Shown piece by piece: positions 1 through 8,169 of a DNA stretch of 41,008 bases. The stretch comes from an uncultured Clostridia bacterium (GTDB lineage Bacteria > Bacillota > Clostridia > Oscillospirales > Ruminococcaceae): NCBI GenBank assembly GCA_947072265.1, contig CAMTHN010000001.1, positions 1 through 41,008 on the forward strand. Reading direction: 5' to 3'. A model generated the notes under the pieces. It worked only from the letters and a program-made list of their open reading frames with translations. It searched no databases and had not been told where the DNA came from. The number at the start of each line of letters is the position of its first letter. Position 1 is the first letter of the stretch. Made by a program: the position numbers and the translations under genes.

Positions 1-7
1 ATATATA

Positions 8-36
8 TTGATATTGGTTATATAATATGTGATAAT
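8..36 (+). promoter_or_regulatory. candidate sigma-A promoter upstream of nudF (TTGATA, 17 nt, GATAAT, with TG extended -10)
   Basis: TTGATA at 8-13 and GATAAT at 31-36, with TG at 28-29. Read by eye; the AT-rich background makes false positives likely. Confidence 0.3.
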
Positions 37-80
37 ATAGTTAAGCATAACTATATTTAATTAAAAGGGGTGTTTACAGG

Positions 81-611
81 GTGGATTTAAGAGAAAAAAA
101 GATTGAAGAAAAAAATATTTATAAAGGTTATTTTTTAAATTTAAATATTGATACTGTCCAACTTCCAAATGGAAAAATATCAACAAGAGAATATTTTAAA
201 CATCCAGGAGCAGTTTGTATACTTCCTATAGCATCAAATGGAGATATTATTATGGTTAATCAATATAGATATCCTATGGGTTGTTGTGTTTTGGAGCTTC
301 CTGCAGGGAAGTTAGAAAAAGATGAAGATAAAGTGGATGCTAGTATCAGAGAACTTTTAGAAGAAACAGGATATGAATCTAGTTGTTTAGAATATATGGG
401 AGAATATTATCCAGCACCCGCTTATGTAGATGAAATTATATATCTGTATAAAGCTACAGATTTATTATATAAAGGACAAAAACTTGATGATGATGAATTT
501 TTAAAAGTGGAACAATATTCTTTAAAAGATATTAAAAAACTTTTATTTGATGGATCTATAAAAGATGGAAAAACACAAGCTTGTTTGTATAGATATTTAT
601 TAGAAAATTAA
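81..611 (+). CDS. nudF: ADP-ribose pyrophosphatase, Nudix hydrolase
   Basis: Complete Nudix box GKLEKDEDKVDASIRELLEETGY (Gx5Ex7REUxEExGU). GTG start 10 nt after a GGGG Shine-Dalgarno. Length of 176 aa is typical. Confidence 0.8.
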   Translation: MDLREKKIEEKNIYKGYFLNLNIDTVQLPNGKISTREYFKHPGAVCILPIASNGDIIMVNQYRYPMGCCVLELPAGKLEKDEDKVDASIRELLEETGYESSCLEYMGEYYPAPAYVDEIIYLYKATDLLYKGQKLDDDEFLKVEQYSLKDIKKLLFDGSIKDGKTQACLYRYLLEN

Positions 612-628
612 TGTGAAGGAGAATAAAA

Positions 629-901
629 ATGTCTTTAAAAAAAGTTGATGTAACCATATGTGGAAAATCTTATACTTTGCAAACTAAAGAAAATCCTTCT
701 TATTATATTGATTTAGCACAGATGATAGATAAAAAGATAAGCGAACTCATGGATCAAAATAAAAGTTTATCTATGGCATCTGCATCTGTTTTGGTATCTC
801 TCAGTCTATTAGAAGAAAATATGAAGGTATCAAGAGATATAGATATAATTTTATCAGATTATAATTATTTAAAAGATAAGATGAATAATAAAGAGAATTA
901 G
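629..901 (+). CDS. zapA: cell division protein ZapA
   Basis: A 90-aa protein with VDVTICGKSYTLQT followed by a coiled-coil-like tail, the pattern of Firmicute ZapA/YshA. GAAGGAGA Shine-Dalgarno. Confidence 0.7.
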   Translation: MSLKKVDVTICGKSYTLQTKENPSYYIDLAQMIDKKISELMDQNKSLSMASASVLVSLSLLEENMKVSRDIDIILSDYNYLKDKMNNKEN

Positions 902-918
902 AAAAAGGGGAAATTGGC

Positions 919-1359
919 ATGAAAATAATGAATATAAAATTATTGTCAACTTCTGCATCTATCCCGACAAGGGCGACAGAAGGAAGCGCAGGATATGATT
1001 TGTATGCTGATGTTAAAAAAGATATAGTAATTGAAGTTGGAGAGAAATATACTATACCCACCGGGGTTGCTATTGATATTGGAAATAGCGGGTATGTATG
1101 CTTGATTTATCCACGAAGCGGGTTGGCAATAAACAAAGGGGTTTCTTTATCTAATAGTGTAGGTGTTGTTGATAGCGATTATAGAGGTGAGATTAAAGTT
1201 TGTTTGAAAAATGATGGAAAAGAAAAATTTATTATAAAAAATGGTGATAGAATAGCACAAATGGTTATAACTCCTATTGAAACTCCAGAATTAAAGCTAG
1301 TTGAAAATTTAGAAAAAACTATTCGAGGAAAAGGTGGATTTGGTTCTACAGGAGTGTAA
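919..1359 (+). CDS. dut: dUTP diphosphatase (dUTPase)
   Basis: dUTPase motifs are present: GSAGYDL, PRSG, GVVDSDYRGEI and RGKGGFGSTG. Confidence 0.95.
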   Translation: MKIMNIKLLSTSASIPTRATEGSAGYDLYADVKKDIVIEVGEKYTIPTGVAIDIGNSGYVCLIYPRSGLAINKGVSLSNSVGVVDSDYRGEIKVCLKNDGKEKFIIKNGDRIAQMVITPIETPELKLVENLEKTIRGKGGFGSTGV

Positions 1360-1416
1360 TAATTTTGGTTTTGACCAAATATTTAAATCATGGTAAAATA
1401 TATATTAGGTGGTTTT

Positions 1417-2157
1417 ATGGAAAAAATTATAACTATTTGTTCAGGAAGAAGTGGGACAGGAAAAACAACTTGTGCTTTAGGCATAGGTGGATTTTTTTCT
1501 AATATTAAAAAGAAAGTTTTAATTATAGAATTTTCATTGTCTAATACAGGATTAGATATATGTTTAGCTTCACAAAATAAAGTTGTTTTCAATATAGGTG
1601 ATATTTTTTTGAATAATTGTAATATAAATCAAGCGATAATTACAAGTGATCAGGATGAAAATATTAGTTTTATATCTGGTGCAAATAATATTTATAAAGA
1701 TATAGATCATACAAAATATAAATTTTTTTTAGAATCTGTAAAGAGTTTAGATAAGTTTGATTATATTATTATTGATTTTTCTTTGCAGGATATAGAAATT
1801 CTTTCTTATATATTGGATATATCTAATTTAAATTTATTTATAACTAGTTGTGATAGTATATCTATTCGTGAAAATAGTCGACTTATTTCTCATTTAAAAG
1901 AAATAAAAGAAATAAAAGCAAGACTTATTATAAACAAGGTTGAAAAAAGAATATTAAAATTAGAACAAATATTTGATCTTGATTTTATAATAGATACTAT
2001 CTGTTTACAATTAATAGGTGTTTTATCTTATAGAAAAAATATTTCTATAACCGCTATAAATAAACAAATCTTAGATAAAGATAAATTGGCTTTAAAAATT
2101 TTTGATAATATAGGTAGAAGAATATTAGGAGATGACATACCTTTAAAAATAATATAA
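1417..2157 (+). CDS. MinD-family (SIMIBI) ATPase-like protein with degenerate catalytic motifs
   Basis: Collinear with MinD from SGRSGTGKTT (MinD has SGKGGVGKTT) to NIGRRILGDDIPL (MinD has NIARRILGESVPL). I prefer the ATG at 1417, which follows AGGTGG, over the ORF-track ATG at 1390, which has no Shine-Dalgarno. Confidence 0.75.
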   Translation: MEKIITICSGRSGTGKTTCALGIGGFFSNIKKKVLIIEFSLSNTGLDICLASQNKVVFNIGDIFLNNCNINQAIITSDQDENISFISGANNIYKDIDHTKYKFFLESVKSLDKFDYIIIDFSLQDIEILSYILDISNLNLFITSCDSISIRENSRLISHLKEIKEIKARLIINKVEKRILKLEQIFDLDFIIDTICLQLIGVLSYRKNISITAINKQILDKDKLALKIFDNIGRRILGDDIPLKII

Positions 2158-2169
2158 AGGTGGTATAAA

Positions 2170-2571
2170 GTGAATATAGGAATAATTGCACATGATTCTA
2201 AAAAAGAACTTATGGTTCAATTTTGCATTGCTTATTGTGGAGTTTTGAATAGGCATAGTATATGTACAACATCTAGCATGGGGAAGCTTATTTCTGAGGC
2301 TACAGGATTACATATAGAAACTGCATTATCAGATGTAGACAGAGGTGAAGATCAAATTGCATCTAGAATAGCCTATAATGAAATAGACCTACTTTTATTT
2401 TTTAGAGACACTATTTCACCAATCATGAATAATGAGACAGATGCAAATCTATTAAGACTATGTGATATACATAATATACCTGTTGCTACTAATATTGCTA
2501 CAGGAGAGGTTTTAATTCATGGTTTGGAAAGAGGAGATTTAGACTGGAGAAACATTGTTAAATCTTCTTGA
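2170..2571 (+). CDS. methylglyoxal synthase-like (MGS fold) protein, probably non-canonical
   Basis: IIAHDSKKELM at the N-terminus, IPVATNIATGE, and the Clostridial-type GLERGDLDWRNI tail match MgsA. The TGTTG, GGDQQ and PH(D/E)PD segments are altered. GTG start after AAGGTGG. Confidence 0.75.
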   Translation: MNIGIIAHDSKKELMVQFCIAYCGVLNRHSICTTSSMGKLISEATGLHIETALSDVDRGEDQIASRIAYNEIDLLLFFRDTISPIMNNETDANLLRLCDIHNIPVATNIATGEVLIHGLERGDLDWRNIVKSS

Positions 2572-2584
2572 AAAAAATCATATA

Positions 2585-2635
2585 TATTTATATAAACCTC
2601 CTTCTATTAATTAGAGAAGGAGGTTTATATAAATA
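2585..2635 (+). terminator. long perfect stem-loop downstream of the mgsA-like gene; terminator-like but without a clean U-tract
   Basis: The 19-nt arm TTTATATAAACCTCCTTCT (2587-2605) pairs perfectly with AGAAGGAGGTTTATATAAA (2615-2633) around a 9-nt loop. Two further A-T pairs flank the stem. The following sequence is TAAGAAG, not a T-run. Confidence 0.5.
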
Positions 2636-2671
2636 AGAAGTGATATTATATAGATAGAAGGAAAATCATAA

Positions 2672-3931
2672 ATGAGTTTAATAAGTAAAATATTACGAGG
2701 AACCAAAGATATTCTTCCAGAAAAGACAGAGGAATGGAGACGGGTTAAAGATATTATATATAAAATATTTTTAGATGGAGGATATCAAGAGATAATTACC
2801 CCCACTATAGAAGGAACAGGATTGTTTAAAAGAAATAAAGATGATACTAGTGATATTGTTCAAAAAGAAATGTATACCTTTATAGATAAGGGTAATAGGG
2901 ATATTAGCCTTAAACCAGAAGGAACAGCAAGTGTTGTTAGAAGTGTTGTGGAAACAGGACTTATAAACAATAGTCTTCCTTTAAAGCTATTTTATTTTAC
3001 TCAATGTTTTAGGTATGAAAAACCACAACAAGGAAGATATAGAGAGTTTTATCAATTTGGAGCAGAATTATTTGGATCAGAATCATTTTTAGCAGAATTA
3101 GATATTATATATTATATAGATAAATTGTTTAGAAAATTAAAATTAGAAAATATTTATCTAGAGATAAACTCTATAGGGTGTGATGAATGCAGACCAATTT
3201 ATGCTGATCTTCTTAAAGAATACATAAACAAAGAGGATAATTTTTGTGTAACTTGTAAAACGAGATGTGAAGCGAATCCTCTTAGAAGTTTTGATTGTAA
3301 AAATCCTGTATGTAAAGAACTTTTAAACCAAGCTCCATCTATAAATAATCATATATGTGAGAGTTGTAAAAATCATGATGAAGATTTAAAGCGGGCTTTA
3401 GATGGGCTAAATATTAGTTATATATCTAATCCAAAGATTGTTAGGGGCCTAGATTATTATAACAAAACAGTATTTGAATTTACTTCTAGAGAGATAGGGT
3501 CACAAGGTGCTATTTGTGGGGGTGGCCGGTATGACAAACTTGTTTCTGAAATTGGTGGAAAACAAACCCCTGCAGTTGGATTTGGGATAGGATTTGAAAG
3601 ACTTATTATGATTATAGAAAATCAAAATAAGCAGGCTAAACTATCTGAAAAAGTTGATATATATATAGCTAATATAGAAAAATCTACATTTGAGACAACC
3701 ATTAAAATATTTAAAAAGTTAGATGATGATGGTTTTAAAGTTTTATTTGATATTATGGGAAGAAGTCTTAAATCGCAGTTTAAATATGCTGATAAAATTT
3801 GTGCAAAAAAAGTTTTAATAATAGGTAAACAAGAGATAGAAAAAGGAATATTTTTATTAAAAAATATGGAAACATCTAGCCAAGAAGAATTTATAATAAA
3901 CGATTTTTTAGAAGGAAAAACTATAATATAA
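2672..3931 (+). CDS. hisS: histidine--tRNA ligase
   Basis: Class II motifs RYREFYQFG and GGGRYD are present, with the NPLRSFDCK insertion and a C-terminal anticodon-binding domain. Confidence 0.95.
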   Translation: MSLISKILRGTKDILPEKTEEWRRVKDIIYKIFLDGGYQEIITPTIEGTGLFKRNKDDTSDIVQKEMYTFIDKGNRDISLKPEGTASVVRSVVETGLINNSLPLKLFYFTQCFRYEKPQQGRYREFYQFGAELFGSESFLAELDIIYYIDKLFRKLKLENIYLEINSIGCDECRPIYADLLKEYINKEDNFCVTCKTRCEANPLRSFDCKNPVCKELLNQAPSINNHICESCKNHDEDLKRALDGLNISYISNPKIVRGLDYYNKTVFEFTSREIGSQGAICGGGRYDKLVSEIGGKQTPAVGFGIGFERLIMIIENQNKQAKLSEKVDIYIANIEKSTFETTIKIFKKLDDDGFKVLFDIMGRSLKSQFKYADKICAKKVLIIGKQEIEKGIFLLKNMETSSQEEFIINDFLEGKTII

Positions 3932-3956
3932 ATTAAAAAACATAAGGAGAATTATT

Positions 3957-5189
3957 ATGAATAGAATTAAACTAAGAAAATATGCAGAGCTTGCTGTTAA
4001 AATTGGAGCTAACGTTCAAAAAGGTCAACTTGTTATGATAAACTGCCCTGTAAATAATAGTGAATTTGGAAGAATGATAGCTGAAGAAAGTTTTAAAGTT
4101 GGGGCAAAAGATGTAACAATTTTATGGAATGATGAAGATTTTTCAAAAATTCGTCTTGAAAATGGAGAGCTTGATATATTTGAAGTTGTCCCACAATATA
4201 ATATTGATACAAGAAAATATTTTGTGGAAAACAATGCCGCTATAATTAGTGTTTCTTCTTTAAATCCTGAGATATATTTAGGTGTTGATTCAGAAAAGAT
4301 AAAAACATTAACGATAGCCAATAATAAAAGTTTTGAATTTTTTTCTAATGCAATTTCTAGAAATAAGCTTAGATGGACAATTGTGGCTGCTTCTAACAAA
4401 GAGTGGGCGAAAAAAGTTTTTCCAGATATATCAGAAGATGAGGCAGAAGAAAAATTATGGGAATATATATTTAAAGGTACAAGAGTTTCGGAGGAAGATC
4501 CTATACAAAATTGGGAAGATCATAAAAAACATCTAAGCAAAAAGGTTTCGTACTTAAATAAACTACAATTTAAAAGTTTAAAATATAAAAATAGCTTAGG
4601 AACAGATATAAAAGTTGAACTTGTTAAAAATCATCTATGGGTTGGTGGAAGTTCTAAAGATATAGTTGATAATTTAGAATTTAGTCCTAATATACCGTCT
4701 GAAGAAGTTTTTACTATGCCAAACAAAAATGGAACAGATGGAATTGTATATTCGGCACTACCATTAATATATCAAGGCAATATTATAGATGATTTTTATT
4801 TAAAATTTAAAGATGGTCTAGTTGTTGATTTTGGGGCAAAAAAAGGGTATGAAAGTTTAAAAGATTTATTGGGTATAGATGAAGGGGCAAAAAGATTAGG
4901 AGAGGTTGCTTTAGTTCCTTATGGATCTCCAATTTCAGATATGAATACTTTATTTTATAATACATTATATGATGAAAATGCGTCTTGCCATTTTGCAGTT
5001 GGTAGAGCATATGGAACAAATATCCAAAATTTTGAAACTATGTCTAAAGGTCAGAAAGATAAAAATGGTGTTAATACATCTCTAACACATGTGGATTTTA
5101 TGATAGGTACAAAAGATTTAACTATAATAGGAGAGCTGGGAGATGGAACAGAAATTATTGTTTTTGAAGATGGTGGTTGGAAAGAATAG
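3957..5189 (+). CDS. M29-family aminopeptidase (PepS/AmpS type)
   Basis: N-terminal KYAELAVKIGANVQKGQ, then NIPSEEVFT, LYDENASCHFAVG and THVDFMIG, which are typical of thermophilic-type aminopeptidase II. Confidence 0.85.
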   Translation: MNRIKLRKYAELAVKIGANVQKGQLVMINCPVNNSEFGRMIAEESFKVGAKDVTILWNDEDFSKIRLENGELDIFEVVPQYNIDTRKYFVENNAAIISVSSLNPEIYLGVDSEKIKTLTIANNKSFEFFSNAISRNKLRWTIVAASNKEWAKKVFPDISEDEAEEKLWEYIFKGTRVSEEDPIQNWEDHKKHLSKKVSYLNKLQFKSLKYKNSLGTDIKVELVKNHLWVGGSSKDIVDNLEFSPNIPSEEVFTMPNKNGTDGIVYSALPLIYQGNIIDDFYLKFKDGLVVDFGAKKGYESLKDLLGIDEGAKRLGEVALVPYGSPISDMNTLFYNTLYDENASCHFAVGRAYGTNIQNFETMSKGQKDKNGVNTSLTHVDFMIGTKDLTIIGELGDGTEIIVFEDGGWKE

Positions 5190-5203
5190 AGAGGTGTTTA
5201 TTT

Positions 5204-6304
5204 ATGAGGAATTATAAAATTTGCGTATATGCTATATGCAAAAATGAAAGCAAATTCATAGATAGATGGGTAGATTCTGTAGGGGAAGCCGACAAGATAT
5301 TTGTGTTTGATACTGGTTCTACAGATGATAGTGTCAAAAAACTGCTTGATAGAGGTGTTGTTGTAAAACAAGAATTTTTAGATCCTTTTTATTTTGATCA
5401 GGCAAGAAACAAAGCACTAGAAATGGTGGATGATGATACTGATATATGTGTTTGTTTAGATTTGGATGAAGTTTTTGAAAAAGGCTGGAGAAATCTAGTG
5501 GAAAAGAGTTGGACTCCAGAAACGGTTGTAGGTAGATATAAATTTGTTTCACATTTTTTTGAAGACGGAAGAGAAAATAGAACTTTTTTAAATGAAAAGA
5601 TTCATATAAGAGAAGATTTTGTTTGGGAATATCCAATACATGAGTGTTTGATTTATAAAGGAAAGTCTAAAAAAGTTCGTACTATGCTTGAAGGAGTTTT
5701 TTTAGGACACTATCCAGATACTACAAAATCGAGAGATTTTTATCTAGGAATTATGGAGGATAGAGTTAAATGCGAACCTCAGGATTCAAGAACAAAATAC
5801 AAATTAGCAAAAGAATATTTTGTTAGAAGAGAATGGGAAAAATGCATAAAAGTTTCTAAAGAATATTTAGAGATGCCAACAAGCACCTATGATAATCAAA
5901 GGGGATCTGCTATGAGATCTATGGCTTCTTCGTATAAAGTTTTAGGAGATATCCAAAGTGCAATATATTGGAGCGGTATTGCATGTTTAGAAACACCATT
6001 GTTGCGAGAGCCTTTTTTAGATTCTGCAAAGCTTTGGTTTTATCAAAAAAAAGATATTGCAAAATCAGAATATTATATTGATAAGGCTTTAGATATAAAT
6101 TTTAGAGGACAGAATTATTTCCTTGCAGAAGGTTCGTCTTGGGGGTATTATATATACCAACTTGGGGCTAGTATAAAATATAGGTTAAAAAAATATCAGA
6201 GGGCATATGAACTTATATTGATTGCAAAAGATATGAACCCAGATGATGAAAAGATAAAAACTTCGTATGATCTTATAAAAGATAAGGCTACAAAATATTA
6301 TTAA
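5204..6304 (+). CDS. soluble GT2-type glycosyltransferase with a C-terminal TPR-like helical domain
   Basis: N-terminal GT-A signatures are present: CVYAICKNES, DTGSTDDS, the DxD-like LDLDE and YPIHE. The C-terminal half is helical and TPR-like. No hydrophobic membrane segments. Start taken at the ATG at 5204 after AGAGAGG, not the ORF-track 5177. Confidence 0.7.
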   Translation: MRNYKICVYAICKNESKFIDRWVDSVGEADKIFVFDTGSTDDSVKKLLDRGVVVKQEFLDPFYFDQARNKALEMVDDDTDICVCLDLDEVFEKGWRNLVEKSWTPETVVGRYKFVSHFFEDGRENRTFLNEKIHIREDFVWEYPIHECLIYKGKSKKVRTMLEGVFLGHYPDTTKSRDFYLGIMEDRVKCEPQDSRTKYKLAKEYFVRREWEKCIKVSKEYLEMPTSTYDNQRGSAMRSMASSYKVLGDIQSAIYWSGIACLETPLLREPFLDSAKLWFYQKKDIAKSEYYIDKALDINFRGQNYFLAEGSSWGYYIYQLGASIKYRLKKYQRAYELILIAKDMNPDDEKIKTSYDLIKDKATKYY

Positions 6305-6329
6305 AAATAGGTTAATAGGAGAAGTAAAT

Positions 6330-8123
6330 ATGATAGATGAAATGACGGATTTAAAAAGAACCCACTATTCGACAGAATTGTCTAATAAAGATATTTCTAA
6401 GACGGTGGTTGTTTGTGGATTTGTTCAAAAAGTTCGAGATAAAGGGAATTTAGTTTTTATAGATCTTAGAGATAGAACAGGTATTATACAACTTTCTTTT
6501 AATGATAAGACAGAAAAATTAGTTATAGCAAAGGCAAAGACACTTAAGTCTGAGTATGTTATTATTGCTAAAGGGGTTGTTGTTTCTAGAGAGAGTGTAA
6601 ATAAAGATATAGAGACAGGAGATATAGAAATTATTGCAGAAGATATTAAGGTTTTATCTATTTCTAAAACTCCTCCTTTTCATATATCAGATGATGTAAA
6701 TGTAAATGATGAGCTTAGATTAAAATATAGATATCTAGATCTTAGAAGACCAGAGCTACAAAAAACTATTATGATGAGACATAAGATAACAAAATGTATT
6801 AGAGATTTTTTTGATAAAGAGAAGTTTTTAGAGATAGAAACGCCTCTTTTAATAAAATCAACACCAGAGGGAGCAAGAGATTATTTAGTTCCTTCTAGGG
6901 TTCATAAAGGAAACTTTTTTGCTCTCCCACAATCACCACAACTATATAAACAGCTTCTCATGGTTTCTGGATATGATAGATATTTTCAGATAGCAAGATG
7001 TTTTAGAGATGAAGATCTTAGAGCAGATCGCCAGCCAGAGTTTACCCAGATAGATGTTGAGATGAGCTTTGTGGATCAACAAGATGTGATAAATATTAAT
7101 GAAAAGTTTATAGAATATATATTTAAAAATATCTTAGAAAAAGATATATCACTTCCAATTCCTAGGATGGCATATAAAGAGGCAATGGAAAGATTTGGTT
7201 CGGATAAACCAGATATTAGATTTGGTTTAGAACTTGTAGATATATCTGATATAGTTGTGAAAAGCGGTTTTAAAGTTTTTTCTGGTGCGGTAGAGTCTGG
7301 TGGATCTGTTCGTGGAATAAATATCTCTGGAGGGTTTGAAAAAATTTCTAGAAAAGATATAGACAAGCTTACAGTTTTTGCAAAGACGTATAAAGCAAAA
7401 GGCGTTGCTTTTACTAGAATAGGAAATGATAATATTAGTAGTTCTAGTTATGAAAAATTTTTATCTCAGGATATAATAGATCAGATAAGGGATAGACTTT
7501 TAGCAAAATCAGGGGATGTTATACTTATTGTTGGAGATGCTAAAGATGAGACTGTTTTTGACAGTCTTGGGGCTCTTCGTTTAGAAATTGCTAAAAAACT
7601 TGATCTTATAAAAGGTGGAACTTTTGCACCTTTATGGGTTACAGGTTTTCCTTTATTTGAATATGATGAAGAAAAGAATAGACTTGTTGCAAAACATCAC
7701 CCATTTACATCGGTTAAACATGAGGATATAAAAAAACTTGATGATAAACCTCTAGAATGCAGAGCAAATGCATATGATTTTATTTTAAATGGTTGTGAGA
7801 TTGGTGGAGGATCGATTCGTATAAGTGATAGTGATATGCAATCTAAGATGTTTAATCTTATGGGATTTGAACAACAAGAGATAGATGATCGTTTTGGGTT
7901 TTTGTTAGAAGCTTTTAAATATGGAGTTCCTCCACATGGTGGAATTGCATATGGATTGGATAGACTTGTAATGATTCTTCTAGAAAAAGATAGTATAAAA
8001 GATGTTATTGCTTTTCCAAAAGTTCAAAATTCTAGCGAACTTATGTCTGGTTGTCCCGCTATTGTTGACAAAAATCAACTAGAAGAATTAGGAATAGAAT
8101 GCAAACAAAAAGAAAAAGAATAG
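6330..8123 (+). CDS. aspS: aspartate--tRNA ligase
   Basis: FRDEDLRADRQPEFTQID (motif 2), GGGSIRI and GLDRLVM (motif 3), plus an N-terminal OB fold and the GAD insertion. Confidence 0.95.
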   Translation: MIDEMTDLKRTHYSTELSNKDISKTVVVCGFVQKVRDKGNLVFIDLRDRTGIIQLSFNDKTEKLVIAKAKTLKSEYVIIAKGVVVSRESVNKDIETGDIEIIAEDIKVLSISKTPPFHISDDVNVNDELRLKYRYLDLRRPELQKTIMMRHKITKCIRDFFDKEKFLEIETPLLIKSTPEGARDYLVPSRVHKGNFFALPQSPQLYKQLLMVSGYDRYFQIARCFRDEDLRADRQPEFTQIDVEMSFVDQQDVININEKFIEYIFKNILEKDISLPIPRMAYKEAMERFGSDKPDIRFGLELVDISDIVVKSGFKVFSGAVESGGSVRGINISGGFEKISRKDIDKLTVFAKTYKAKGVAFTRIGNDNISSSSYEKFLSQDIIDQIRDRLLAKSGDVILIVGDAKDETVFDSLGALRLEIAKKLDLIKGGTFAPLWVTGFPLFEYDEEKNRLVAKHHPFTSVKHEDIKKLDDKPLECRANAYDFILNGCEIGGGSIRISDSDMQSKMFNLMGFEQQEIDDRFGFLLEAFKYGVPPHGGIAYGLDRLVMILLEKDSIKDVIAFPKVQNSSELMSGCPAIVDKNQLEELGIECKQKEKE

Positions 8124-8152
8124 CTATATAGCTATTCTTTTTCTTTTTGTTT
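8103..8152. terminator. bidirectional stem-loop between convergent aspS and gdhA
   Basis: Perfect 50-nt palindrome AAACAAAAAGAAAAAGAATAGCTAT|ATAGCTATTCTTTTTCTTTTTGTTT centred at 8127/8128. It includes the aspS stop codon and has T-runs on both strands. Confidence 0.6.
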
Positions 8153-8169
8153 TTTAAATTATATAATTT

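Noticed and set aside
1107-1115. TTATCCACg, an 8/9 match to a DnaA box.
   Set aside because: It is a single copy inside the dut coding sequence. There is no cluster and no adjacent AT-rich unwinding element, so it is expected by chance.
2615-2623. A perfect AGAAGGAGG Shine-Dalgarno in the hairpin upstream of hisS, suggesting a hidden small ORF.
   Set aside because: There is no ATG, GTG or TTG at 5-10 nt. The nearest GTG is about 16 nt away and opens no meaningful ORF.
5177-5203. The upstream ATG (5177) given by the ORF track for the glycosyltransferase, overlapping the pepS end.
   Set aside because: The ATG at 5204 has an AGAGAGG Shine-Dalgarno at proper distance. The conserved GT-A N-terminus also begins right after it (YKICVYAICKNES).
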